Positions 30,019-39,572 of a stretch of 64,000 bases of DNA are shown here, piece by piece. This DNA comes from an uncultured delta proteobacterium. GTDB taxonomy: Bacteria; Myxococcota; Kuafuiibacteriia; Kuafuiibacteriales; Kuafuiibacteriaceae. How positions within the stretch are numbered: the stretch's first letter is position 1; every line of letters starts with the position of its first letter. The notes under the pieces were generated by a model. That model ran no database searches and had not been told where the DNA came from. It saw only the letters and a program-made list of their open reading frames with translations. The position numbers and the translations under genes were made by a program. The stretch is taken from assembly GCA_963803435.1 (NCBI GenBank), contig CAWDML010000001.1, forward strand, positions 576,001 through 640,000. The letters are read 5' to 3'.

Positions 30019-31617
30019 ATGCGGGCGGCAGGCAGTGGGCGCGCCAGGGTCGCGTGGCCGGGTCGTTTCGGAAAGAAACGTCTCACGATCCTCCGCGCGG
30101 CGAGCCGCCGGCCCCACCGGTACCGGCTCTACCGCGCGCTCACGATGACGCTGACGCTGGCGGCGCTCGCCCTGGTCCCGCTGGTGGGGTTGGCGCGCGT
30201 CGACCTCGCGACGGGCGGCCACCGCGCGTTCTTCGCGAGCGTCGATCTCTTCCACGGCCTCATCGCGGTGTCGGTGGCCGTCTTCGGCTTCTATCTCTTC
30301 ACCTTCAACGTAAACCTGGTCGCGGGTCGAATGTTCTGCGGCTGGGGGTGTCCGGTCGGACAGCTCAACCGGCTCACCGACGCCTTCGTCGCCCAGCGCA
30401 CGCGCCGGAGCCGCTGGATGTGGGGCGGTGCGCTCGGCGGCTTTGCCGTCCTCCTGTCGCTCTCGATCCTGTTGTGGTGGACCTCGCTGGGCGGGCTCGG
30501 CGCGCTGGCGGCGCTGGCGGTGATGGTCGGCGCCGCAGTGGTCTTCGGGCGCGCGTGGGGCTGGAGCTTCTGCCGGCGTGTCTGCCCGATCGGCCTCTAC
30601 TATTCGGTGGTTCAAACCAAGCGGCCGCTCGGCATCCTCTTCGACTCGAGCCGCTGCCTCGACGAGGGCGCGTGCGTGCGCGCCTGCCCGGTCGATCTCG
30701 ACGCCCGCGATCTCGCCGCCGAGAAGCACGGCATCGGCGGCTTCGCGATCGACGGGCTGAAGGAGAACAGTCACTGCCTCCGCTGCGGCGCCTGCGTGGA
30801 GGCGTGCGAGATCGCGACGAGCAAGATGGACGCGCCGGCGCTGACCTTCGGGCGGCCCGAGCGCACCGTGACCGTCGATCTTCCGGCGATGGCCCCCGCT
30901 GCGGTCGTGCACGAGCGCGTCCGTGCCACCGTTGTCGATCCAGAGCCCCAGATCGAGCCGGGGCGGCCCAGGCGCTGGCTGCCGGCTGCGGTCATGGTGT
31001 CTGCGGGCCTCGCCATCGCCTCGTATGCAGCGGTGGCCGCCCGCCGCGCGAGCCGCTACTCGCCCCAGAAGACGTGGGTGCAGCCCACCGCCGGGACTGA
31101 GCGAACGACCCGATACGTCGCCGCGTCCGGCGACTACGCCCGCGGCGACATCGACGGCACGGCCCCGGCGGGCGCGATCGTCTATCTCCAGCACCCCGCG
31201 CCCGGCCGCGCGCTGGCCGCGCCGGCCGCAGTCGACATCGAGATCGCGAACCAGACCTTCTCCGCTCCCGTGTACCTGGCGAGCGTACGCGATCGACTCA
31301 AGCTTTCGAACGGCGATCCGATGCTGCACACGGCGCACCTGAGCTCAGGCCGACGTTCCTGGATCAACGTTCCGCTCCCGCCCGGGATGAAGCCGATGTC
31401 GGTGGCGGCGCCGGCTCCCGGGCTCTACCGCATCACCTGTGACAACCACCCGGGGGAGGAGGCGGAGCTCATCGTGCTGGATCATCCGTACGTCACGCGG
31501 GCCGATGCTTCGGGAAGCTACCAGCTGCACGACGTCCCCGCCGGAGCGGCGCAACTGGTCGTGAACGGAGAGCGTCCTGTGAAGGTTCAGGTCCACGCGA
31601 GGTCACCCATTCGATGA
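30019..31617 (+). CDS. CcoG/FixG-like 4Fe-4S membrane protein fused to a cupredoxin/carboxypeptidase-regulatory-like domain
   Basis: GRMFCGWGCP, FCRRVCP, CLDEGACVRACP, CLRCGACVEAC; then a TM helix and NGDPMLH...YRITCDNHPGE...HPY...GSYQLHDVPAG. Start uncertain. Confidence 0.8.
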   Translation: MRAAGSGRARVAWPGRFGKKRLTILRAASRRPHRYRLYRALTMTLTLAALALVPLVGLARVDLATGGHRAFFASVDLFHGLIAVSVAVFGFYLFTFNVNLVAGRMFCGWGCPVGQLNRLTDAFVAQRTRRSRWMWGGALGGFAVLLSLSILLWWTSLGGLGALAALAVMVGAAVVFGRAWGWSFCRRVCPIGLYYSVVQTKRPLGILFDSSRCLDEGACVRACPVDLDARDLAAEKHGIGGFAIDGLKENSHCLRCGACVEACEIATSKMDAPALTFGRPERTVTVDLPAMAPAAVVHERVRATVVDPEPQIEPGRPRRWLPAAVMVSAGLAIASYAAVAARRASRYSPQKTWVQPTAGTERTTRYVAASGDYARGDIDGTAPAGAIVYLQHPAPGRALAAPAAVDIEIANQTFSAPVYLASVRDRLKLSNGDPMLHTAHLSSGRRSWINVPLPPGMKPMSVAAPAPGLYRITCDNHPGEEAELIVLDHPYVTRADASGSYQLHDVPAGAAQLVVNGERPVKVQVHARSPIR

Positions 31618-32468
31618 GACGAACAACTTTGACGATTCTGGCGTTCGCCCTCCCGCTGGGGGCGTGCGAGGCCGACGACTGGGGCCCTGAGAAGCTCGCG
31701 CGCGGCGCGATCGACACTCAGGTCGAGGAGCTGCGGCTGGGCAGTCAGGTGTACGGCGACTATTGCGCGGGCTGCCACGGCGAGAAGGGCGACGGCAACG
31801 GCCCGGCCGCGCGCTTCCTCGATCCGAAGCCTCGGGACTTCCGGCTGGGACGGATCAAGTTCGCAGCCGTCGAGGGCGGCGCCGCGCCGCGCGACGACGA
31901 CTATCTCCACGTGCTCGACATCGGGCTCATGGGGACGGCGATGCCGCGATTCAACCTGCTCCCCGTGCTCGAGAAGAGAGCCGTCGTCGCCTACGTGAAG
32001 ACGTTCTATCCCGACTGGTCCGAAGATCCGCCGGGCGCTCCCGTATCACCGGGACAGGATCCCTGGTCGGACGATCGTGCGGGCGGCATCGAGGCCGGCA
32101 GGGTCGCCTACTACACCCTCGCCACCTGCTGGTCGTGTCACCCGGCATACGAGAGCGCGGAGGCGATCCAAAAGATCTACACCGACGCCGGCCTCGAGGC
32201 GCCGCCGCTGCGAAAGAACCTCCGCGAGTCGGAGGTGAAGGACAGCAACTGGGGCGCGCCGATCAAGCCGCCCGACTTCCTCACCGACCGCATCAAGACC
32301 GGGTTCGACGTGGCCAGCATCGCCCGCGTCATCTCCTCGGGAGTCGGCGGCACCGCGATGCCCACGTGGGCCGGCAGCCTCGAGCCCGAGCAGATCTGGG
32401 GCCTCGCCTACTACGTCAACGATCTCGCGCTGAAGCGCGGGGCCCCGCCGAGAGGAGTCCAGCCGTGA
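31614..32468 (+). CDS. Diheme c-type cytochrome, probable lipoprotein
   Basis: Lipobox-like LGAC; CAGCH and CWSCH; two GTAMP distal-Met motifs; GDGNGPAARFLDPKPRDF. Confidence 0.88.
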   Translation: MRRTTLTILAFALPLGACEADDWGPEKLARGAIDTQVEELRLGSQVYGDYCAGCHGEKGDGNGPAARFLDPKPRDFRLGRIKFAAVEGGAAPRDDDYLHVLDIGLMGTAMPRFNLLPVLEKRAVVAYVKTFYPDWSEDPPGAPVSPGQDPWSDDRAGGIEAGRVAYYTLATCWSCHPAYESAEAIQKIYTDAGLEAPPLRKNLRESEVKDSNWGAPIKPPDFLTDRIKTGFDVASIARVISSGVGGTAMPTWAGSLEPEQIWGLAYYVNDLALKRGAPPRGVQP

Positions 32469-33823
32469 ACATCGAACCAACCTATGAGCGACCGCTGGTC
32501 TACCGAGAGATCATCAAGGCGCACATCCTCTTCGGGTTCCTGTTCTTTCTGGTGGCGCTGTTCGCGGGCCTCCTCTACGGCCTCCAGCTCACACATCTGT
32601 ATCCGTTCGTCGGGATCGAGCTGCTCTCCCCCGGCCGCATCCGGATGGTTCACACCAACGCCATCGCCTACGGTTACCTGATCAACCTCTTCATCGCCGT
32701 CCTCTACTGGACGGTGCCGCGCTTGACGGGCCACCCGTTACTCTCGAAGAAGCTGAGCTGGGTGATCTGCGGCGCCTGGCAGGCCATCGTGCTCGCCACC
32801 GCCGCGGGGATCCTCGGCGGACAGGCCCAAGGCATCGAGTGGGGCGAGACCCCGACCTGGGTCGATCACTTCGCCGTCTTGGGCGTGGCGCTCCTCGTGA
32901 TCAACGTGGCCACCCCGATCTTCAAGACCGGCGGCCGGAAGCTCTACGTCAGCCTCTGGTACTTCGGCGCCATGCTGATCTGGACGCCGCTAGTCTACAT
33001 CATGGGCAACTACCTGCCCCAGTACTTCATCCCCGGCGCCGGGGGCGCGGCCATCACCGGCCTGTACATCCACGATCTGGTCGGCCTCTCCATCACGCCG
33101 CTCGGCTGGGGCATGATGTACTACTTCGTCCCGCTGGTGCTCGAGAAGCCGATCTGGAGCCACACCCTCTCGATCCTGGGCTTCTGGGGGCTCGCGTTCT
33201 TCTATCCGCTCAACGGGGTTCACCACTTCTTCTACAGCCCGATCCCGATGTACGCGCAGTACGGCGCCGTCATCTCGACGATCGCGGTCGAGCTGGTCGT
33301 CTTCACCGTCATCGTCAACTTCTTCATGACGCTGCGCGGCCGCGGTGATCGGCTGCGCACGGATCTCTCGGCGCGCTGGTTCTTCACCGGCATGGTCTTC
33401 TACTTCATCACCTGCCTCCAGTGCGCCTTCCACACCACGCTCACGTTCCAGAAGATCATTCACTTCACCGACTGGGTCGTCGGTCACGCCCATCTGGTGA
33501 TGTTCGGTGTGTTCGCCTTCTGGCTGCTGGGCGGCATCGTGTACATGTGGCCGCGCATCTGCGGTCGCGAGTGGTGGAGCCACAAGCTCAACGCCTGGAA
33601 CTACTGGCTGTCGACCATCGGGCTGGTGCTGATGTTCATCAACCTGACCGCCGCAGGTCTGGTCCAGGGCTTCATGTGGAAAGGCCTGGCGCAGTGGGAG
33701 AAGACCGTGACCGACTCGCTCCCCTTCTGGCACACGCGAACGATCGCCGGCTCGATGATCATCGTCGGCCAGTGCCTCCAGGCCTACAACATCTGGAAGA
33801 CGGCCCGCACGAAGGCCCCGTAG
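32465..33823 (+). CDS. ccoN: cbb3-type (C-family) heme-copper oxidase subunit I, divergent
   Basis: RIRMVHTN, IEWGE, YIHDLVG, GMMYYFVP, FYPLNGVHH, HFTDWVVGHAH: all six His ligands plus the helix VII Tyr. Confidence 0.88.
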   Translation: MNIEPTYERPLVYREIIKAHILFGFLFFLVALFAGLLYGLQLTHLYPFVGIELLSPGRIRMVHTNAIAYGYLINLFIAVLYWTVPRLTGHPLLSKKLSWVICGAWQAIVLATAAGILGGQAQGIEWGETPTWVDHFAVLGVALLVINVATPIFKTGGRKLYVSLWYFGAMLIWTPLVYIMGNYLPQYFIPGAGGAAITGLYIHDLVGLSITPLGWGMMYYFVPLVLEKPIWSHTLSILGFWGLAFFYPLNGVHHFFYSPIPMYAQYGAVISTIAVELVVFTVIVNFFMTLRGRGDRLRTDLSARWFFTGMVFYFITCLQCAFHTTLTFQKIIHFTDWVVGHAHLVMFGVFAFWLLGGIVYMWPRICGREWWSHKLNAWNYWLSTIGLVLMFINLTAAGLVQGFMWKGLAQWEKTVTDSLPFWHTRTIAGSMIIVGQCLQAYNIWKTARTKAP

Positions 33824-33832
33824 GAGAGGACC

Positions 33833-34450
33833 GTGGAGAAGATCGCAACCATCATGCTGCTGGCCGGGCTCGGGTGCTTCGCATTCGCCGGCCTCCTGAC
33901 CGGGGTCCTTCCGGTCGCCCACCTCTCCCGCGTCCAGTACAAGACGCTCGACGAGGTGGCGCCGGAGCCCTCGCTCGACTTTCTCGACCTCTCCCGCCGC
34001 TATCCGGAGCAGTTCGCGAAGTACTACGGAAAGCCCACCAAGGAGGCCTTCCACGAGGCCCTCCGCCTGGGCCGAGATCAGTACATCGCCGAGGCCTGCT
34101 GGCACTGCCACTCGCAGTTCGTCCGGCCGGTGTCCAACGAGGATCAGCGCTTCGGCAAGGTTTCCTGGGCCGACGAGTATCGCAACGAGATGTTCCTCCC
34201 CCACCTCTTCGGGACGCGACGGGTCGGTCCCGATCTGATCCGCGAGTCGGGCCGCCACAGCAACGACTGGCACGCGGCGCATTTCTTCGATCCGACGCTG
34301 GTGTCACCACAGTCGGTGATGCCTCGCTACACCTGGTTCTACGACGGCGAGCAGCCGAACAAGATCGGCCTCGCGATGATCACGTACATGCAGTGGCTCG
34401 GCAGCTGGGCGACGCCCGAGGTGCTGGCCGCGCAGGAGCTCAACAAGTGA
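33833..34450 (+). CDS. ccoO: cbb3-type oxidase subunit II (monoheme)
   Basis: GRDQYIAEACWHCHSQFVRP, GTRRVGPDL, DWHAAH, SVMPRY. Confidence 0.9.
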   Translation: MEKIATIMLLAGLGCFAFAGLLTGVLPVAHLSRVQYKTLDEVAPEPSLDFLDLSRRYPEQFAKYYGKPTKEAFHEALRLGRDQYIAEACWHCHSQFVRPVSNEDQRFGKVSWADEYRNEMFLPHLFGTRRVGPDLIRESGRHSNDWHAAHFFDPTLVSPQSVMPRYTWFYDGEQPNKIGLAMITYMQWLGSWATPEVLAAQELNK

Positions 34451-34743
34451 AGAAGCCCGTCAGCGACCGCCCCGCGCGAGCCATCATCATCTGGTCGATG
34501 GTGGTGGGCCTGGTCTTCAGCGGCCTGGCGTTCGCGTACAAGATCGCGGAGTTCATGTTCACCATGACGACGCCGGACTTCGCCGGCTCGTTCGACGTCC
34601 CGATCATCGTTTATTTCGCGATCGCCGCCGGGTGGCTCTCGCTCCTCGGCTGGTGCTTCGCCACGAACAAGTTCAAGGACATGGAGCGAGCCAAGTACGA
34701 CATGCTCGCGCAGGAGGATGAGTATGAGCGCCTCGGTATCTGA
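34447..34743 (+). CDS. Small 2-TM protein with CcoS/FixS-like C-terminus
   Basis: GTG overlaps the ccoO stop; ...GWCFATNKFKDMERAKYDML resembles the CcoS W...gqFdD.e pattern. Confidence 0.6.
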   Translation: MKKPVSDRPARAIIIWSMVVGLVFSGLAFAYKIAEFMFTMTTPDFAGSFDVPIIVYFAIAAGWLSLLGWCFATNKFKDMERAKYDMLAQEDEYERLGI

Positions 34744-34924
34744 GAAGGTCGACGCGGAACCCGAGCTCTTCACCGAGAGCGACTCGGCGGAGACCCGGTT
34801 CGACTACGACAAGGGCGGCGTGCCCATCTACGTGGCGTTGATCTGGGTCGCGTTCCTCTGCTGCTACGTGCTCTACATGCTGTACTACGGTCTTCCGGAC
34901 TTCTCGGCCTGGGGCGCTCCATGA
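34724..34924 (+). CDS. Small single-TM protein resembling the CcoP N-terminal anchor
   Basis: DYDKGGVPIYVALIWVAFLCCYVLYMLYY resembles the EyDnplP.W-TM segment of CcoP; coupled to both neighbours. Confidence 0.55.
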   Translation: MSASVSEKVDAEPELFTESDSAETRFDYDKGGVPIYVALIWVAFLCCYVLYMLYYGLPDFSAWGAP

Positions 34925-36890
34925 CACGAGGCGCGTGTGCCCACTGCGGCCTGCCCGCGGCCGCCGGCGATCGGTATTGCTGCTACGGCTGCGAGATCGC
35001 CGCGGAGATCGCCGCCGAGGCCCGCCACGAGCACGCGCGCACCTTCAACGCCCTCACCGTGGGGCTCCTCCTCACGATGGCGGTGATGATGCTGTCGCTG
35101 TTCCTCTACGCGGAGGACGTCTACGGCGCCGGCGCCGAAGCCGGCCTCATGTGGATGCGCACGTTCTACCGCTGGGCCTCGGGCGCGCTGGCCACCCCGG
35201 TGATGATCCTGTGCGGGCTCCCGGTGGTGCGGCGGGCGCTCCGCCGCGCCCGCCATCTCCAGCTGTCGATGTCGGCGCTCATCGCGGCCGGCGCCTTCGC
35301 AGCGTATGCCCTGTCGATCGTCTCGCTTCTTCGCGGCGGCTCGCGCGTCTACTTCGACAGCGCCGCCACCGCCTTGGTGCTGGCGACCCTCGGCCGCTAC
35401 CTGGAGGCGACCGCGCGCACGCGCGCCAGCGGCATCGCCCAGCGCGGTCTCGACGGCACGCTCGAGCCGGTGGAGGCGGAGGACGCGGAGGGGCGCCCGC
35501 TCGGCCGTGTCGCCCCGGCACAGCTGGCGCCGGGCATGCGCGTCTTCGTCGCGCCCGAGCAGGTGGTGCCGGTCGATCTGGTCGTCGAGCACCCGGTCGA
35601 GGTGGACGCCGCCGTGCTCTCGGGAGAGTCCGCGCCGCGCCGAGTGCCCGCAGGCGGAGCGGTCCCCGCCGGGGCCGTGCCGATCTCCGAGACGCTGGTC
35701 GGGCGCGCGGTCACCGACGCCAGGAGCTCCACGCTGGCCAAGCTGGCGATGCTGGCCAAGAGCCTCCGCGATCGGCCCTCGCCGCTCCTCGCGATCGCCG
35801 ATCGCTTCGCGCGCGTCCTCACGCCTGCCGTCTGGATCCTCTCCGCCGCGACCTTCGCCTGGTGGGCGCACCGGAGCGGCGTCGAGGCGGGCGTCGTCAA
35901 CGCGCTCTCCGTGGTCCTGGTGGCCTGCCCCTGTACCTACGCGATCGCCGCGCCGCTGGTGCACTGGCTGGCGATGCGCCGGGCCCTCGCGGAGGGCGTG
36001 CTGGTGAGAAGCGCAGAAGCGCTCGAGGAGCTCGCCGAGGTCGAGGTGGTCGCGTTCGACAAGACCGGAACGCTCACCTCGGACGCGCTCATCGCCCGCG
36101 AGTCCTGGCGCGCCGAGCGCGCCAGCGCCGAGGAGATCCGCGCGCTGGTGGCCGGGCTCGAGCGCGGCACGCGCCATCCGATCGGCCGCGCGCTCCACAC
36201 GTTCGCCGGATCCTCGACGCCCGCGGTGCTCACCGGCCGCAGGTTCGTGCCCGGTCGCGGCGTCGAAGCCGAGGACGAGCGCGGCCGCCGGCTGTCCCTC
36301 GGCCGCAGCCCGCGCGGCGAGGTGGTGCTGGCGCGCGACGGCGTCGAGCTGGCCGGGTTCGCCCTCGAGGAGTCGATCCGCCCCGAGGCGCGCGCGGCCG
36401 TCGAGGGGCTGGCGCTCGCGGGGATCCGCAGCGTGATGCTCACCGGCGACGGAGCGGCCCGGGCCTCGCGGGTCGCCTTCGAGCTCGGCATCGAGCACCG
36501 CTCGTCCCTCACGGCCGAGGAGAAGGTAGCGGCGATCAGGAGCCTCCCCGGCCGCGTCGCCATGGTGGGCGACGGGATCAACGACGCCCCCGCGCTCGCC
36601 GGTGCCACCGGGATCGCGATGAACGCGGGCACCGGCCTCTCGCGCGGGCTCGCCCGCGTCAACCTGCTCCACGACGACCTCACCCTCATCCCCCGCGCGA
36701 TCGCGCTCGGCCGCCGCGCCCGGACGCTGGTGGTCCGCCTGCTCGTCGGATCGACCGCCTACAACGTGCTCTTCCTCGGGCTGGCCGTGACCGGCGCGCT
36801 CCGCCCCGTGTGGGCCGGCGTCAGCATGCTGGTGTCGTCGCTGGTCGCGCTCGGCACGGCCGTCGCCGGGATGGGGGAGAGCAGGCGTGA
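34921..36890 (+). CDS. Heavy-metal (Cu) P1B-type ATPase, CcoI/FixI-like
   Basis: CAHCGLP...YCCYGC, YFDS, SGES, ACPC, DKTGT, HP, GDGINDAPALA. The ORF as given reads to 37152; an indel in the G-run near 36873-36877 would give a stop at 36890 coupled to the next gene. Confidence 0.85.
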
Positions 36891-37507
36891 TCGAGACCCT
36901 GACCACCGCCCTCGTCATGGGCCTGTTCGGCAGCGTTCACTGCGCGGTGATGTGCGGTCCGCTCGCGATCGCGGGATGCCGGCGCGCCCCCGAGACCGCC
37001 GGATACTTCGGCGGCCGCGCGATCGCCTACGCCACCGCCGGCGCGATCTTCGGGGCGCTCGGACACGCGATCGAGCTCGGCCCCTTCTGGGCACTGCTCC
37101 TGGCGGCGGCCGTGGTCGTGCACGGCCTGAGGCTCTTCTTACCCCTCCCTGATCCGACGCTGGTCTCGCTCCCCCGGTGGCGGAGCCCGGCCTTCACCTT
37201 CCTCGCGCGGCTGCTCCCTCGGCGCGGCCTCGGCCTCGGGCTGGCCACCGGCATCCTCCCCTGCGGTCTGCTGATGGGCGCGTGGATGCTGGCGGCCTCG
37301 ACCGGCCGCCCGCTCTCGGGAAGCGCCGTGATGATCGTCTTCTCGATCGCGTCGGTGCCCGGGCTGGTCGCGCCTCTCCTTGCAAGACGGGTTGCATCGA
37401 GGTTCATCCAGCTTCCGCGCCACGTGCACGGTCTGCTCTGGTGTCTGCTCGGGATCTGGATCGCGGTGCGCCCTCTCCTCGCGAGCAGGCCGGGAGGCTG
37501 TCACTGA
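36887..37507 (+). CDS. DsbD_2/TauE-like membrane protein of cbb3 maturation clusters
   Basis: GSVHCAVMCGP, GRAIAY, LPCGLL. Confidence 0.85.
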   Translation: MIETLTTALVMGLFGSVHCAVMCGPLAIAGCRRAPETAGYFGGRAIAYATAGAIFGALGHAIELGPFWALLLAAAVVVHGLRLFLPLPDPTLVSLPRWRSPAFTFLARLLPRRGLGLGLATGILPCGLLMGAWMLAASTGRPLSGSAVMIVFSIASVPGLVAPLLARRVASRFIQLPRHVHGLLWCLLGIWIAVRPLLASRPGGCH

Positions 37508-38217
37508 TGAGCACGCTGTCCTTCGCCTTCCGCCTCCCGCTGCCCACCTGGCCGCGCGCGCGCCTCGAGTCGGACTACCGCTTTTTGGAGAGCCGCCTGT
37601 CGATCGCGGGCGAAGAGGTGGCGCGCTTCGACGAGCTCGCGCTCCGTCAGGGCGCGACCGTCGACTGGAACGGCCACGCGCTGGAGATCCGGCTCGACGA
37701 CCACGAGGTCGAGCTCCGCACGGACGGCGTCCGCGCGCTGCGAGAGGATCGGCTCTCGGCCCCGACCTGCCGCTCCGCCTGGATCCACGCCTTCGTGGCC
37801 CTGTTCGCCTCGTTCGCAGGCTTCATGGCGAGCTGGCTCTACCTCCGCCGCGCCGGCGACGGTGATCCCTGGGCCCTGAAGATGGCGATCCACATGGCCG
37901 GATGGCACGCCCTCCTCACGCTCACGCTCTTCCCGGCCTCGGTCTGGGGCCAGCGCCTCGGAATCCGCGCGGTCCAGCTCGCGAGCGCCGTCTTCTTCTG
38001 CATCCACGCCGGCATCGCGCTCGCCAACGCGGCCGAGGTGTTCGACGGCATCGCCCTGTTCAACGCGCTCTCGGGCCTCCTGTTCCTGGTCGCCGTACTC
38101 TACGGACAACGAGCCCACCGCGACATGGATCCGATCCGAGCGCTTCTGTCCCATTCGGGACGTCTTGTCCAAGGCGCAGCCTTCGGTACGCATCCTGCTC
38201 GCTCCTCTGGATCGTGA
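37507..38217 (+). CDS. Hypothetical membrane protein with His-containing TM helices
   Basis: ATG overlaps the upstream TGA; soluble N-terminal part then ~4 TMs containing WIHA, AIHMAGWH, CIHAG. Confidence 0.65.
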   Translation: MSTLSFAFRLPLPTWPRARLESDYRFLESRLSIAGEEVARFDELALRQGATVDWNGHALEIRLDDHEVELRTDGVRALREDRLSAPTCRSAWIHAFVALFASFAGFMASWLYLRRAGDGDPWALKMAIHMAGWHALLTLTLFPASVWGQRLGIRAVQLASAVFFCIHAGIALANAAEVFDGIALFNALSGLLFLVAVLYGQRAHRDMDPIRALLSHSGRLVQGAAFGTHPARSSGS

Positions 38218-38609
38218 AGAGGATCGTCGCTGCCACGGATGGCTCCGAATCCGCCACCCGGGGCGTCGCGCTCGCGGCCGAGATGGCGCGCATGGCCCGC
38301 GCGACGCTCCACGTCATCACCGTGGTCCCGGGTTACGACGAGATCCTGATGGAGTTCACCCAAGCGAGCGGCCGGGACGCCGACGAGGCGGTGGCGCGCA
38401 TCGGTCGCGTCCATCTGGAGAAGACGCTCCAGGCGATCGACCTGGCCGGGATCACGGTTCGGACCGCCATCCGGGTGGGACGCCCGGCGGTGGAGCTGAC
38501 GATCTACGTCGAAAAGATGAAGCCGGACCTGCTGGTGCTGGGGGGCCGAGGGCACGTCGCCCACTACGTCCTTCGGGACGCCAATTGTCCTGTGGCGCTT
38601 CTGCCGTGA
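38214..38609 (+). CDS. Universal stress protein (UspA family)
   Basis: KRIVAATDGSESA, GRPAVEL, DLLVLGGRG, VAHYVLRDANCPVALL. Confidence 0.88.
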   Translation: MKRIVAATDGSESATRGVALAAEMARMARATLHVITVVPGYDEILMEFTQASGRDADEAVARIGRVHLEKTLQAIDLAGITVRTAIRVGRPAVELTIYVEKMKPDLLVLGGRGHVAHYVLRDANCPVALLP

Positions 38610-38627
38610 TGCGGTAGATTCCGGCCG

Positions 38628-39572
38628 ATGGCAACCAACCAGAAGCAGTCCGGCTTCTCCCTGTGGTACGAGGATTATCTTCAGGGCCGGGCCCTTCCGA
38701 TCATCGGTCTCGGCGGAGGCGCGCTGATGGTGCTCCTCTACTTCACCGGCGTGATCCCGGAGTGGATCGCCGCGCTGCTCCTGGCGGCGGGCATCGTGCT
38801 CGGCGCCTGCGGCTACGCGTTCAAGCACCTGTTCGATGCGGCCCGCACCAGCGGAGAGACCGCGATGGCGCTGGGCCTGACCATCCTGGTCGCGATCGTC
38901 GCCGGCATCCCGGTCGTCACCACCCTGCTCCCCGGTACGCCGCGCGCCGAGGGCAACGTCCACGCCGCCGGTGAGACCATCAAACTGCCCGCGGACGCCC
39001 GTGGATCGGTCCGGATCCTCCTGCACGGTCGCGTCGCCGGCTCGGGGACCGCCGACGCCGACATCGTGCTGGCCGTCGGCGATCAACACTTGTCCGGGCA
39101 CTTCAGCCGCAAGCCCCAGAGCGTGCGGATCGGACGGCGAGGCCGCGGCACCGTGATGCGCGAGCACAACAGCCAGTTCCTCATCACGACGATCCCGGAC
39201 GATGTCGATCAGATCAAGGTCGAGTCCGTGAAGGGCAAGCTGGCCGAGCCGATCGCCGTGCAGGTGTTTCCGGACTTCCTCCCCACCGGCATGGAGCTCG
39301 GCCTCGGGCTGACACTCCTCGTGCTGGGCTCCGCCCTCGCCGCCCGGTTCGGTGCGAACAGCAACGGCCCCGGCGCGCTCGGGCTGACGCTCCTCTTCGC
39401 CGTGATGATCCATCGCATCGCCACGCCCGAGATCGCGATCCAGCCGGAGATGGGCTCGCTGGTGATCGGTGGCGTCGGCGGCCTCCTGGCCGGCTCGATC
39501 TCGACCTGGGTCATGAAGAAGATCGTCCACCGCCGCCCGGAGCCGACGGCCGCGATGCGCGCCACCACGTGA
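38628..39572 (+). CDS. Hypothetical multi-pass membrane protein with a central beta-rich soluble domain
   Basis: ~3 N-terminal TMs, ~120-aa soluble region, ~3 C-terminal TMs; GC3-rich. Confidence 0.65.
   Translation: MATNQKQSGFSLWYEDYLQGRALPIIGLGGGALMVLLYFTGVIPEWIAALLLAAGIVLGACGYAFKHLFDAARTSGETAMALGLTILVAIVAGIPVVTTLLPGTPRAEGNVHAAGETIKLPADARGSVRILLHGRVAGSGTADADIVLAVGDQHLSGHFSRKPQSVRIGRRGRGTVMREHNSQFLITTIPDDVDQIKVESVKGKLAEPIAVQVFPDFLPTGMELGLGLTLLVLGSALAARFGANSNGPGALGLTLLFAVMIHRIATPEIAIQPEMGSLVIGGVGGLLAGSISTWVMKKIVHRRPEPTAAMRATT

Noticed and set aside
32465-33823. Nitric oxide reductase (cNOR/qNOR) assignment
   Set aside because: No HLWVEG Glu motif; the C-family helix VII Tyr and a CcoO partner are present.
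36891-37152. C-terminal extension of the Cu-ATPase overlapping the next gene by ~266 bp
   Set aside because: Low-complexity Arg-rich tail beginning right after a G homopolymer; an indel restores a stop at 36890.
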